The notes under the pieces were generated by a model, which saw only the letters and a program-made list of their open reading frames with translations, was not told where the DNA came from and ran no database searches. From assembly GCA_028697555.1 (NCBI GenBank), contig JAQVEX010000004.1, positions 9,332 to 73,331 of the forward strand: a stretch of DNA of 64,000 nucleotides, read 5' to 3'. The DNA comes from Lentimicrobiaceae bacterium (GTDB lineage Bacteria > Bacteroidota > Bacteroidia > Bacteroidales > UBA4417). Positions 28,230 to 37,921 of the stretch are shown here, one piece after another; positions within the stretch are counted from its first letter, which is position 1, and every line of letters begins with the position of its first letter. The translations under genes were made by a program, and so were the position numbers.

Positions 28230-31200
28230 CGGCATAGGTTTTCGTGTAGCACTAATTCGGTCTTTGCGGACGTTCATAAAGTTTAAATTCTGCCTTTGCG
28301 TAACGTCGTTTGTAATGCTTCGTATAGAATCTCTCTCGTGTTTTTCCAATCCTTTCACAGATTCGCCATAAAGCACGTCGGGGTCAAGAGGGTTGTATTC
28401 GGGATTGCTTTGAGTAAGCGAGTAGTCGTAGTGTACAGGTATTCTAACTCCCGATTTTTCGGGGAAGAATTTTCCTAAATCCAAATTCAAAGCTATATCA
28501 AACTGAGTAAGAGCTTCTTTTTGGCGGTCGGTAATGGCTTGTTCAACGCTTCCAAATCCGGGCGTGCTATAAGCTCCCGAAAGAACTAAGTTACCCAAGT
28601 CGGCTAAATTGGCTGCAACACGAGCGTTGGCTGCCCACCCCGATTTTTCGTTAAACTCATACAAACGAAGTTCGTTGACCCAAACTTCCACACTCTTCGG
28701 CATTCCATCGTCGTTGGATTCGGAATATCCTGTATTTTTTTGCTTTGGATTTCTAACACCAAGCATTATGGCTCTAATATCGCTCAAACTCGGGGCTCCA
28801 ACTATAGTCATCTTGTTTTTGCCGTCGTTTAATGAGTAAGGAGTAGCTGCACTAACAATTGCGTTGTTTTCATGTAAAGAAAGATTTCGCTTAGTTTTTA
28901 ACTCTACAAGTTTATCAAGTTCGAGGTCTAACTCATTTTCGAGGGGCCAAATTTCTCTGACACTGGCTTCGTCTCTGCTCCACATGCTCTTCCATTGAGT
29001 AATCGTAAGAGGAATTTCGTACTCGTAGTAATTTTGAGTAAAATCGGTTCCTATACGAATAAAGAATGTAACATCGCCATCATTTAAAATGTCACTTTCC
29101 TGCACTTTTTCGGCATGGGTGAACATTTTAAGACGTTTGTAATTTCGGAAATCGAAAGATGTTGTACGATAAGCTCCTCTGGCATCTCCATCTAACAAAT
29201 TGGTAACTTTAAGCACCATACTTTGCTCATCTTTTAGTTGATAGTGTGTTGATGCCTGATTAGTTTCTCTGACTATTCCGGGTGGCTCAACATAAATAAC
29301 ATTCTTTCTGTTACTGTTTTCTTCAATGCTAAGAGTAGAGATATCGAATTTGGTTTGATTTTGATTAGGATCGGGAATGTATTCGCCCGGTGTTAAAAGA
29401 CTTGAATAATAACTGCGCCATTCGCCACGCTCTAATTCCAAAGTTGCAAAACGCAAAACAATAGGACTTTCGAAGTTTTTTAAGAAAATACGCATAAATC
29501 TTATGGATTTAAAATCCTGTATGCCTCCAACAACTTCGTCGGGGTTTTGTACCGGTATTTTAAACTGATACCACTTAACACCTCCAGGCTTGCCGTTAGG
29601 AAGTTTCTCAACAGTCGACTCGAACATATCGGTAATATAATTTTGTCCGACTTGCATATTTTCGGGTCTGATTTTAACCATATATTGGAAATACCTTTCC
29701 TGGTCGTTAAGCGTATTATCGCCGTTGATATCTTCCATATTGGGATGCCTTTGTCCGGTAACTGCAATTGCGTTGTTGTCTTCAATTTCCGGAGAGTTTC
29801 CTGATGGTCCGTTAAAATCCAAATATCTGTTTATAACGCTACTATAGAATGGATCGTTATCTTTTTCGGCACCCACATACGATGAGAAGTCATCGCTGGA
29901 CGGGTCTTCATAGGCTTTTACGTATGCTTCGGAAGTTTCGCCAAACCTTTGAGCTATTTTTTTTAAAAATGTTTCGTTAAAGAAAGCCCTTTCATCTTCG
30001 TTGCGAAGTCCGTCGTATCCTACGTCCTGAAATTCTCTACTACCGGGTTCGTTGCTAAATCCGTTTATTATTGCTTGCTTTGACGGAACCCTACCCCAAA
30101 TTGTGGTATCAACATCGATAACGTTTTCGTTGATAGGTAAGCCTTGCTCAAATGATTTTCGTCCGTCTCGTAACAAGTCTTCGGAAATATCGCCTAAGTT
30201 GAAGTACAACTCGCCTCCTTGTAAGGTTTCATCTTCGGTAAACGGATCCATGAGCCAAAACGTAATATATTCTACGTTAGATGCTTCAAAATCGGAGGTT
30301 TCCATTTTACGCATAATTCCTGCCCAACGTGAACCCGGGTCAAGAAGCTCGCCCTTGTCGTTTATTCCCGACGAATAGGCTCCGCCAATGACATCGTAGT
30401 TGTAAGGTCCTCTGAGGCTTGGAAAATATGCCAAATTGAAAACTTGCAAATTTAGAGGAAATCCGGTTTCATTTTGTCTGTTAGGAAACAACTCATTTTG
30501 AGAAATACGCCTGACTGAGTTCCTTGAAAGTTCGTTTTTAGAAATATTGGGTGGTCGTCGGTTACCGCTTTCAGAATAAAAAATATTTTGGTCGATTATA
30601 AACCACGATAATTTTGCTCTGTTAAAACCGTACTCTAATCCTGTATTTGGTGCGGCTTCGGGGAAAAATCCCTGCTTGGTTTGTCCTTGAGGCGTGCTGG
30701 CTAAACTCCATGCAATAGCCGAAGTAGCAAGATGTATAGGATATTTAACTCCTTCAAAGTCGTCGATGTAGGCAGTACCTTTTTTGCCGACAGCTCTCGA
30801 ATGCCCTGGAATGAAATGGGCAAATTCGGCATCTATTCTAACTCTTGATTCGACATTTGTATTGTAAAATGGAAGTTTATCTATGATTTTTGTGATAAGC
30901 CCCGAGTTTCTGGTGTAATTAAGACTACCACCCCATATGGTGTTGGATATAGGTTCGTCGCCGTAATTTGTCTTTGTGGTAATCGGTCTTTCCGATAGGT
31001 TAAGTATTGTAGCTCCTAACAATAGGTCTTTGTTTACACGGTAATCCAAATGCGTACCAACCATAGTTTGTTGCAGAACTGTGAACAAGGAATTGTTCTC
31101 CAACTTGATATTGATAGGAGTTCCTGAATTTAAAATTCCTTCGTTAATAATTTTAACCGTTCCCATCATGTAATCGACTGTAAAATCGACACCTTCGACC

Positions 31201-33257
31201 AATGGCACACCACCTGCCGTAACTCTTACCGAACCTTGCGGAACATTGCTGGCATTGAGCGGTATGTCAGAACCCGACTGCGATTTGTATTCTCCTTCTA
31301 TCAGGAATTTATTTTTGTCGGGATATTGCTGAGCTTTGGTTTTGGTAAGAGTGTACAATGAGTCGAAACAGTAGCGGTTGGCAACATTTTGGTCAGCAAT
31401 CTTAGCCCTTAGACTGCTTCCAAAAGGTTCGAGTACCGGAAAATAAATACGTCCGTTCGACGACTGTATTGTTCCACCGCCGACAGCAGCATTGTCCATA
31501 AAGTCGAAAATACCATCGGGTTGTGGATTGTTTTGCTGGTCTAAACGATCTAATCCCAACAAGCGAATGATGGGAATACCTTTAAGGTTTTCTGGACCGT
31601 CGGCGAAAAAGCCTGTAGGAACAGCATTATCGTTTCCTATATATAAAATATTTAAATAAAAATCTTCTCGGTTAACGTTGTATGCCCTGAGGTTATACAC
31701 GTTTTTCATCATCAAATTCCATAAAGGAATTTTTGTATTTATTGCCGTACTCCTAAGTAATTTGACAATAAGGCTATTTTGAGTTGAAATACCTTGGTCG
31801 GAAAATTCACCAACTTGGTATACCCTATCGCTACCCAAAATTGTGTACTGGAAAGCAACTGCAAGCGTTTGGTCGGGATTTAAAGCTGCGTTTAGAGAAA
31901 TAAAGCCTAACTTGCTATTGAAAGTAAATTCGTTAGGACTAAGTTTTCTTGCACTTTCAACTTTTTCAAAATCTACTCCGGGAGTATAACCTTTTTCGGC
32001 ATTCAAATACTGTCCTACGTAGTTATTATCGCGCAACCTTGATGTATCCAACTGCATAAGCATGTTGTTGGACAAATTGGACGGATAATGCTGCCCTGCA
32101 ATAGGTAAAATATCGCTTCTGTACGGATTGTATTCACCTAAGTCCTGAAATGCAATAATATTCCTGTTTTCGGTAACGGCAGCTCCTATGTTTGTAACCC
32201 AAACTTCTATTTTTGTAATGTTTATATTAGTAGTAATTACAGGCAACTGAGCCAATGCTTCCTCGTAGTGGTCTCTAAAATATTGAGCTATAAAGAAGTG
32301 TTTGTTTTCTTCGTAATCTAACGATTCTATAGAAAATTGCTGCTTCTGACCTCCACCCTGAACAGTTATATTTTGCACCTCGCTTTCTTGATTTGAAAAC
32401 ACCGAAGTCAGCGTAGCCTTACCGAACTTCAATTGCGACTTCAGACCGAAAAGAGATTGGCTACCTGTGATAAGTGTTGAATTTAAAGGCAAACTAACGT
32501 GTCCGGCTTCTATAAGTTGAACTATATCATCTTCCTTACCCTCATACTTAAGTTTTATTTTATCTTCGAAATCGAAGGTTGCTTCAGTGTTGTAATTAGC
32601 ATCAAACTGAATGTTTTCGCCTATTTTAGCCAAAACATTCATCTGAATTTTCATATCAAAATCAAAATTGGTATTTCGTCTGAGTCGTGGGGTAATGCTG
32701 TAGTCGTTTTGCTTGTCGGACTTGATTCCAAACAGTAGTTCAACACTACCTTGCGGACGAATATCTATTGTTGAGCCTCCAAAAACCTGATTAAAAACAT
32801 CGCTGTTTATGTGCAGTTGCGGAAACAATCCACTACCACTCTTAGAAGCTGCAACGCCTCTGTTAGCTTTTTCTCTCCAAAATTTGTCGACCATGTTTTT
32901 GGAATCTAAGTTTTGGTACTCTTCAAAGCTGTACAACAAAGGACGCTGATAATTTATATTGCCCATTTTTTTGCTTACCGAATACTCGTTGTTTTCGGGG
33001 TCGTACTCAACTTCGGTTCTTATATTCGATGGCTCTTTTAAATCAACACCTTCGGTTTTTGGCGGTTCGTAAGGATTAACAACGTTATCTCCCCTATTGG
33101 TATCGGCAGGATGAGATTTTATTTGAGAAAAGTCGTTAACAACATCGCCCGACGCCAAAACTTCCGAATCTCTATCAGGAATTGTGCTTCCGAAGACTTG
33201 AGTTAACAGTATAGTTAACAGTATGATTTGTATTATAGAGTATTTGTATTTATTCAA
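28227..33257 (-). CDS. sprA: SprA (T9SS translocon), N-terminal 1676 codons ending at an in-frame TGA
   Basis: 1676 aa with a signal/anchor MNKYKYSIIQIILLTILLTQVFG. Size and composition are typical of the ~2400-aa SprA barrel. It is flanked by ruvA and gcvH, as I recall for other Bacteroidota. Confidence 0.8.
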   Translation of the reverse strand: MNKYKYSIIQIILLTILLTQVFGSTIPDRDSEVLASGDVVNDFSQIKSHPADTNRGDNVVNPYEPPKTEGVDLKEPSNIRTEVEYDPENNEYSVSKKMGNINYQRPLLYSFEEYQNLDSKNMVDKFWREKANRGVAASKSGSGLFPQLHINSDVFNQVFGGSTIDIRPQGSVELLFGIKSDKQNDYSITPRLRRNTNFDFDMKIQMNVLAKIGENIQFDANYNTEATFDFEDKIKLKYEGKEDDIVQLIEAGHVSLPLNSTLITGSQSLFGLKSQLKFGKATLTSVFSNQESEVQNITVQGGGQKQQFSIESLDYEENKHFFIAQYFRDHYEEALAQLPVITTNINITKIEVWVTNIGAAVTENRNIIAFQDLGEYNPYRSDILPIAGQHYPSNLSNNMLMQLDTSRLRDNNYVGQYLNAEKGYTPGVDFEKVESARKLSPNEFTFNSKLGFISLNAALNPDQTLAVAFQYTILGSDRVYQVGEFSDQGISTQNSLIVKLLRSTAINTKIPLWNLMMKNVYNLRAYNVNREDFYLNILYIGNDNAVPTGFFADGPENLKGIPIIRLLGLDRLDQQNNPQPDGIFDFMDNAAVGGGTIQSSNGRIYFPVLEPFGSSLRAKIADQNVANRYCFDSLYTLTKTKAQQYPDKNKFLIEGEYKSQSGSDIPLNASNVPQGSVRVTAGGVPLVEGVDFTVDYMMGTVKIINEGILNSGTPINIKLENNSLFTVLQQTMVGTHLDYRVNKDLLLGATILNLSERPITTKTNYGDEPISNTIWGGSLNYTRNSGLITKIIDKLPFYNTNVESRVRIDAEFAHFIPGHSRAVGKKGTAYIDDFEGVKYPIHLATSAIAWSLASTPQGQTKQGFFPEAAPNTGLEYGFNRAKLSWFIIDQNIFYSESGNRRPPNISKNELSRNSVRRISQNELFPNRQNETGFPLNLQVFNLAYFPSLRGPYNYDVIGGAYSSGINDKGELLDPGSRWAGIMRKMETSDFEASNVEYITFWLMDPFTEDETLQGGELYFNLGDISEDLLRDGRKSFEQGLPINENVIDVDTTIWGRVPSKQAIINGFSNEPGSREFQDVGYDGLRNEDERAFFNETFLKKIAQRFGETSEAYVKAYEDPSSDDFSSYVGAEKDNDPFYSSVINRYLDFNGPSGNSPEIEDNNAIAVTGQRHPNMEDINGDNTLNDQERYFQYMVKIRPENMQVGQNYITDMFESTVEKLPNGKPGGVKWYQFKIPVQNPDEVVGGIQDFKSIRFMRIFLKNFESPIVLRFATLELERGEWRSYYSSLLTPGEYIPDPNQNQTKFDISTLSIEENSNRKNVIYVEPPGIVRETNQASTHYQLKDEQSMVLKVTNLLDGDARGAYRTTSFDFRNYKRLKMFTHAEKVQESDILNDGDVTFFIRIGTDFTQNYYEYEIPLTITQWKSMWSRDEASVREIWPLENELDLELDKLVELKTKRNLSLHENNAIVSAATPYSLNDGKNKMTIVGAPSLSDIRAIMLGVRNPKQKNTGYSESNDDGMPKSVEVWVNELRLYEFNEKSGWAANARVAANLADLGNLVLSGAYSTPGFGSVEQAITDRQKEALTQFDIALNLDLGKFFPEKSGVRIPVHYDYSLTQSNPEYNPLDPDVLYGESVKGLEKHERDSIRSITNDVTQRQNLNFMNVRKDRISATRKPMP

Positions 33258-33299
33258 AATCTTGGCAAATTTTTCTTATTAATTTTAATTCAACAGCAT

Positions 33300-33890
33300 T
33301 TACAATATTTGAAGAGTTAATTTAACAAGTCTATCAACGGGCAATTCTTCGTTATTATTGTCCTTTATAACTTTATTAAGTGCTTTTTCTGCTGTTTGTT
33401 TATTAAAACCGAGCATAACCAAAGCCGAAAGAGCTTCATTTTTATTTTGTGTAACCGCAATTCCGCCCATTAAGGTAGTAGCAATACTGCCTCTGTCGAT
33501 TTTGCCCTTCAAATCTATAATAATTCTCGATGCGGTTTTTGCTCCTATCCCCTTCACCGATTGAAATCTGGCTACGTCTTCGTTGGCTACAGCTTCAACA
33601 ACTTCCTGCGCTGTTAATGACGAAAGCACAACACGTGCAGTATTGGGTCCAATTCCGGATACTGAAATTAAATTCTGAAAAACTTCTCTTTCCGCTTTCT
33701 CAAAAAAACCGAATAGCGATATTAAATCCTCCCTAACAACCTGATGTATGTACAATCGGCATCGTTTCAGGTCTTTTACTTGTGTATATGTATTTAAAGA
33801 TATATTAATTAAATAGCCTATACCGTTATTATTAATAACCGCAACTGTTGGCGCAACATTATCTATATCTCCCTCAATAAAATCGTACAT
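33300..33890 (-). CDS. ruvA: Holliday junction branch migration protein RuvA
   Basis: 196 aa. MYDFIEGDI..., HhH motifs (L.SVSGIGPNTA, VKGIGAKTA). Confidence 0.9.
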   Translation of the reverse strand: MYDFIEGDIDNVAPTVAVINNNGIGYLINISLNTYTQVKDLKRCRLYIHQVVREDLISLFGFFEKAEREVFQNLISVSGIGPNTARVVLSSLTAQEVVEAVANEDVARFQSVKGIGAKTASRIIIDLKGKIDRGSIATTLMGGIAVTQNKNEALSALVMLGFNKQTAEKALNKVIKDNNNEELPVDRLVKLTLQIL

Positions 33891-34108
33891 TTAATTATCC
33901 TTCAATTTTTATAAAACTAAAAGTCTGTTACTTAATTAAAAACAATTGTCGGCAAAAGTAGCATTTTTGCTTTAATAATGCAGTAAACAAACCTATTTTA
34001 GTCATTTATTTGTCTTATAGATTAATTTATAGCTATTAAACGTAATTTTGAAGATATTATTTGATTGTTGGGTATTTATTTTTTTAATTCCCAAAATGGC
34101 AATGCTAA

Positions 34109-34306
34109 AGGTAGAAGGTAGAAATTAGAAATTAGAAGTAGCCGTTAGCTATTAGCTGTTGGCTGTTAGCTGTTAGCGGGGACTAGCTAAAAGCCAAAGG
34201 CTAAAGGCTAAAGGCTAACGGCTAAAAGCTAAAAGCCACCGCGTACCACGCAACCCGCAACCCGCACCACGTACCACCAATCACCAACCACTAATCACTA
34301 ACCACC
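34109..34306. repeat. Composite mosaic element: AGGTAGA/AATTAGA units, a long GCTNTTR / GCYAAAR inverted-array hairpin, then 10 in-register ACCGCGT/ACCCGCA/ATCACCA heptamers.
   Basis: Read directly. The last five tilS codons and its TAG stop (34291..34293) lie inside the C-rich array. Confidence 0.9.
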
Positions 34307-35622
34307 GAACATTGCAGTACCTTCTCAGTCTCGTGTGTAACCCTGTATCTCTCATCTGTACGCATGCCGATAATCCAAGCAATATCGTCGCCAGAAGTGA
34401 GTAGTAAAATTTCTTCTTTTTCGAAAAGTGAGAGTTTATTGTCGATAAAAAAATCGCTGAGTTTTTTAAAGTTTTTACTTCCGAATGGAATAAATTTATC
34501 TCCTTGTTGCCAATGCCTTATGGTTACAGGGAATTTTATTTTGCTGATATCTAGAAAAGCTTGGTTTTTGTTTTTCAAATCTTTGATTTCTGAATATGCA
34601 ATCTGCTTAAAATCAATAACTTTTGATTTATTGCTTAAAAGTTCATCAATTGAGTTATAGGTTTCGGTTACAAACTTTTCGTTGGTTTCAATGGGTTTGA
34701 TAATAATGCTGTTTCTATCGCAAAGCAAAGTGTGTGTGGCAGAACTAAAGCATCTTCCCGATGTTGTTTCTACATCCTGCACAATACCGTCGGTCTGAGA
34801 TTTATTAAACCCGAAATCTTTAAGCAGGTAATACATGTATGCTGCTACAGGTTCAAGGTTTTTAATTTTGTCCAAATCTATGTAGGTTATTCCGTTTTCT
34901 TCAACAAAAACCTGATTTTTGACTTGGTTTATATGATTTTCTAAAATAAGCTCGGCATCCCTGAAGTTTTGAGCGTTTTTTTCGGCTATTTCCAACAGAT
35001 TGGGACTCACTTCAAGCAGCAATGGCAGTACATTATGGCGAATATAGTTTCGCAAATAATCATCCGACTGGTTTGAAATATCTTCACGCCAAGGCAAATT
35101 ATTTTCGGTAGCGTACTGCCTTATCATTTCGGAAGTAGCAAACAACAAGGGACGGATAATATTATTTTGTTTGGGCAACATGGCTCTAAGTCCTTTAAAA
35201 CCCGTACCACGCAGCAAATTAATGACTTGCGTTTCAAATTGGTCGTTTAGATGGTGAGCTGTAAGGACTGCGAAAAAGTTGTTTTCGGAAATTAACTGAT
35301 TAAACCAATCGTATCTGATTTCTCTTGCGGCTTCTTGCAGAGTTAGTTTGTGCTGCTTCATATAGAGATGTGTATCTGCGTTTTTGAAAAAAAACGGCAC
35401 ACTCAACGATTTAGCCATTTTTTCGACAAAAAGGTAATCTTGATGCGAATCGTTGCCTCTTAAATTAAAATTGACATGTGCAACGCTCACATTGTAATTT
35501 AATTTTACCAAAATGTTTAATAAAACAACCGAATCAACACCACCGCTAACTCCAACCAAGAGTTTATCTTGTTTTTGAAAAAGATTTTCTGTTTTAACGT
35601 ACTTGATAAAATCTCGTATCAT
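34291..35622 (-). CDS. tilS: tRNA(Ile)-lysidine synthetase
   Basis: 443 aa. PP-loop motif VGVSGGVDS. Confidence 0.9.
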   Translation of the reverse strand: MIRDFIKYVKTENLFQKQDKLLVGVSGGVDSVVLLNILVKLNYNVSVAHVNFNLRGNDSHQDYLFVEKMAKSLSVPFFFKNADTHLYMKQHKLTLQEAAREIRYDWFNQLISENNFFAVLTAHHLNDQFETQVINLLRGTGFKGLRAMLPKQNNIIRPLLFATSEMIRQYATENNLPWREDISNQSDDYLRNYIRHNVLPLLLEVSPNLLEIAEKNAQNFRDAELILENHINQVKNQVFVEENGITYIDLDKIKNLEPVAAYMYYLLKDFGFNKSQTDGIVQDVETTSGRCFSSATHTLLCDRNSIIIKPIETNEKFVTETYNSIDELLSNKSKVIDFKQIAYSEIKDLKNKNQAFLDISKIKFPVTIRHWQQGDKFIPFGSKNFKKLSDFFIDNKLSLFEKEEILLLTSGDDIAWIIGMRTDERYRVTHETEKVLQCSVVSD

Positions 35623-35691
35623 TGCGGTGTTTTTTTGAAAACTAGGACAAAGCTATATTTATTGTTACGGAACGATTGATAATTAACAGTT

Positions 35692-35830
35692 AAAAGCTGT
35701 TAGCTTTTGGCTCTTAGCTCTTAGCTATTAGCTGTATTTAGTCAACAGATAACGGCTAATGGCTAATGGTTAATGGCTAACGGCTAATGGCTAAAAGCCA
35801 ACACGTACCACGCAACCCGCACCACGCAAC
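35692..35830. repeat. Heptamer inverted-array hairpin (GCTNTTA arm / GGCTAAT arm) followed by an ACGTACC/ACGCAAC C-rich array
   Basis: aaaagctgttagcttttggctcttagctcttagctattagctg ... acggctaatggctaatggttaatggctaacggctaatggctaaaagcc aacacgtaccacgcaacccgcaccacgcaac. The block ends at the stop codon of the Zn-ribbon gene. Confidence 0.9.
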
Positions 35831-35831
35831 A

Positions 35832-36800
35832 CTACTCGTCTATTTCCCCAACAAGCTCGCTATCGATAAGGATACGTCCGCAAAATTCGCATACGATAAT
35901 TTTTTTGTGCGAGCGGATATCTAACTGTCTTTGTGGTGGAATGGTGCTAAAACAACCACCGCAGGAGTTTCTTTCGACAGGTACTACAGCCAATCCGTTG
36001 CGAGCTGCATTTCTGATGCGTTGGTATGCAAAAACCAAGCGCTCATCTATTTTAGCTTTTTGCTTTTCCGAAATTTCTCTAAGTTCTTTTTCTTCTATTT
36101 CAGTTTCTGCAACAATATCTTTGAGTTCGGTTTGTTTAATTTCAAGTTCGCTTTGCAGTTCTCCAAGTTGCGACTGGAATTTTTCTATGGCATCTTTATT
36201 GGAAGCGATTTTTGCTTCAAACTCTTTTATTTTCTTATCGTTGAGTTGTACTTCCAAACCCTGAAATTCAATTTCTTTTTGAAGAGCATCGTACTCACGG
36301 TTGTTTCTAACATTGTTTAGCTGCTCCTCGTACCTTTTAACCAAAACAAACCTTTCCTTAGTATCGTTCTTTTTGCTTTTGATTTCCTTTTCGCAGGTAT
36401 CAATTTCGTGAATATAATTTTCGATACGAGTGCTCAACCCTTCAACTTCATCTTCCAAATCTTGTACTTCCAAAGGAAGCTCACCTTTTATGATTTGAAT
36501 TTTATCTATTTTAGAATCAACTCGTTGCAACTTGTACAAAGCGGATAAATTTTCTTTAACTGTAAGTTCAACTTCTTGCTGTTCGTCCACCTTTTCAACA
36601 ACTTCTACAACTTCTTTTTCAACAACTTCAGGAACGTCTTTAGTTTTAACTTTGGTTTCTTCGGTTGCTTTAGCTGCCTTAGTTGCTTTGGTTGCTTTGG
36701 TTGTTTTTGTTGTTTTAGTTTCTTCTTTTTTTGCTTTATTAGTTGTCGTAGTTTTCTTTACAACTTTCTTTGTATCTTTTTTGTCTGTAGTCTTTGCCAT
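35832..36800 (-). CDS. Coiled-coil / C4 zinc-ribbon protein (COG1579-like) with a Lys/Thr/Ala-rich N-terminal tail
   Basis: 322 aa. C-terminal CGGC...CEFCGR zinc ribbon, a long heptad-rich centre, and an N-terminal KTTKTTKATKATKAAKAT tail. It is paired with the NIF3 gene, which I recall as a common arrangement. Confidence 0.7.
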   Translation of the reverse strand: MAKTTDKKDTKKVVKKTTTTNKAKKEETKTTKTTKATKATKAAKATEETKVKTKDVPEVVEKEVVEVVEKVDEQQEVELTVKENLSALYKLQRVDSKIDKIQIIKGELPLEVQDLEDEVEGLSTRIENYIHEIDTCEKEIKSKKNDTKERFVLVKRYEEQLNNVRNNREYDALQKEIEFQGLEVQLNDKKIKEFEAKIASNKDAIEKFQSQLGELQSELEIKQTELKDIVAETEIEEKELREISEKQKAKIDERLVFAYQRIRNAARNGLAVVPVERNSCGGCFSTIPPQRQLDIRSHKKIIVCEFCGRILIDSELVGEIDE

Positions 36801-36816
36801 AAGATTTGATTTATAT

Positions 36817-37911
36817 TTAGTGGTATTTAACCGGATTTGAATTTATACTTGTAATTTCGGTTGCAAAATTATGAAATTTTTCTTTTATCAAGTTAAATAT
36901 CCAATTTGTTATAAATTGTTCACTTTCAAAATGTCCGATATCGGCGACTATAAGCTTATCGTTATCGGTAAAAAAGTCGTGATATTTAATATCGCCCGAC
37001 AAAAAAACATCGGCTTTAAGTCGCATTGCCTGCGGTATTAAAAACGCTCCCGAACCGCCGCACATGGCAATTCTTTGCACTAAATGATTAGTTTCAGAAT
37101 TGTGTCGAATAATTTTGAGATTTAATTTTGTTTTAATTATATCGAAAAAATCGAACAATTTAATCGGCTTGGGTAATTTACCAATCACTCCCGAACCAAT
37201 TTGAGAATTTACATTGACAATCGGATACAAATCGTATGCAACTTCTTCGTAAGGATGATGTTTTATCATGTTAGCCACAACAGCATTTTTTAAATGTTTT
37301 GGCAGAATGACTTCTATTTTAACTTCGTTTTCGCTATGCAACTTGTTGATTTCGCCCGCAAAAGGATTTGCATTTTCGTTGGCTCGGTAAGTGCCTATTC
37401 CTTGCGTGTTGAAACTGCAACTGTCGTAATTTCCTATATATCCGGCTCCCGATTCAAAAATTGCTTCTCTGACTTTGGCTGCATGACTTTCGGGACAAAA
37501 TACCGATAGTTTCAGCAAGGAATCTTCAACCGGTTGCAAAACGGATTCGGGCTTTACACCTAACAACTGAGCCAAAAGACCGTTAACTCCGTATATCTGA
37601 TTATCGATAGAAGTATGCATTGAATACACGGCAATGTCGTGCTTTATAAGCCGACTAATCATTTTGCCTTCGTTGCTTTGCTGATTTATTTGTTTTATTC
37701 CCTTGAAAAACAAAGGGTGATGCGAAATAATCAGATTAAAGTTTTTGCTTATACATTGTTCAACAATCTGATTGGTAACATCGAAACAAATTAATGCTCC
37801 ATTTATCTCCTGATTTACATCGCCTATCTGCAAACCGCTATTATCAAACGATTCCTGATAATCTAACGGCGATTTAGATTCAAGCAGTTGAATTATTTCT
37901 TTTAGTTTCAT
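36817..37911 (-). CDS. Nif3-like dinuclear metal-centre protein (GTP cyclohydrolase 1 type 2 homologue)
   Basis: 364 aa. LIISHHPLFF and the C-terminal GHFESE motif. Confidence 0.85.
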   Translation of the reverse strand: MKLKEIIQLLESKSPLDYQESFDNSGLQIGDVNQEINGALICFDVTNQIVEQCISKNFNLIISHHPLFFKGIKQINQQSNEGKMISRLIKHDIAVYSMHTSIDNQIYGVNGLLAQLLGVKPESVLQPVEDSLLKLSVFCPESHAAKVREAIFESGAGYIGNYDSCSFNTQGIGTYRANENANPFAGEINKLHSENEVKIEVILPKHLKNAVVANMIKHHPYEEVAYDLYPIVNVNSQIGSGVIGKLPKPIKLFDFFDIIKTKLNLKIIRHNSETNHLVQRIAMCGGSGAFLIPQAMRLKADVFLSGDIKYHDFFTDNDKLIVADIGHFESEQFITNWIFNLIKEKFHNFATEITSINSNPVKYH

Positions 37912-37921
37912 GTTTTTATCA

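Noticed and set aside
35905-36840. Several 77-129-aa plus-strand ORFs (35905..36264, 35931..36320, 36532..36840, 36576..36809)
   Set aside because: All are antisense to the Lys/Glu-rich coiled-coil Zn-ribbon gene. They have low-complexity Phe/Ser/Leu composition and no start context.
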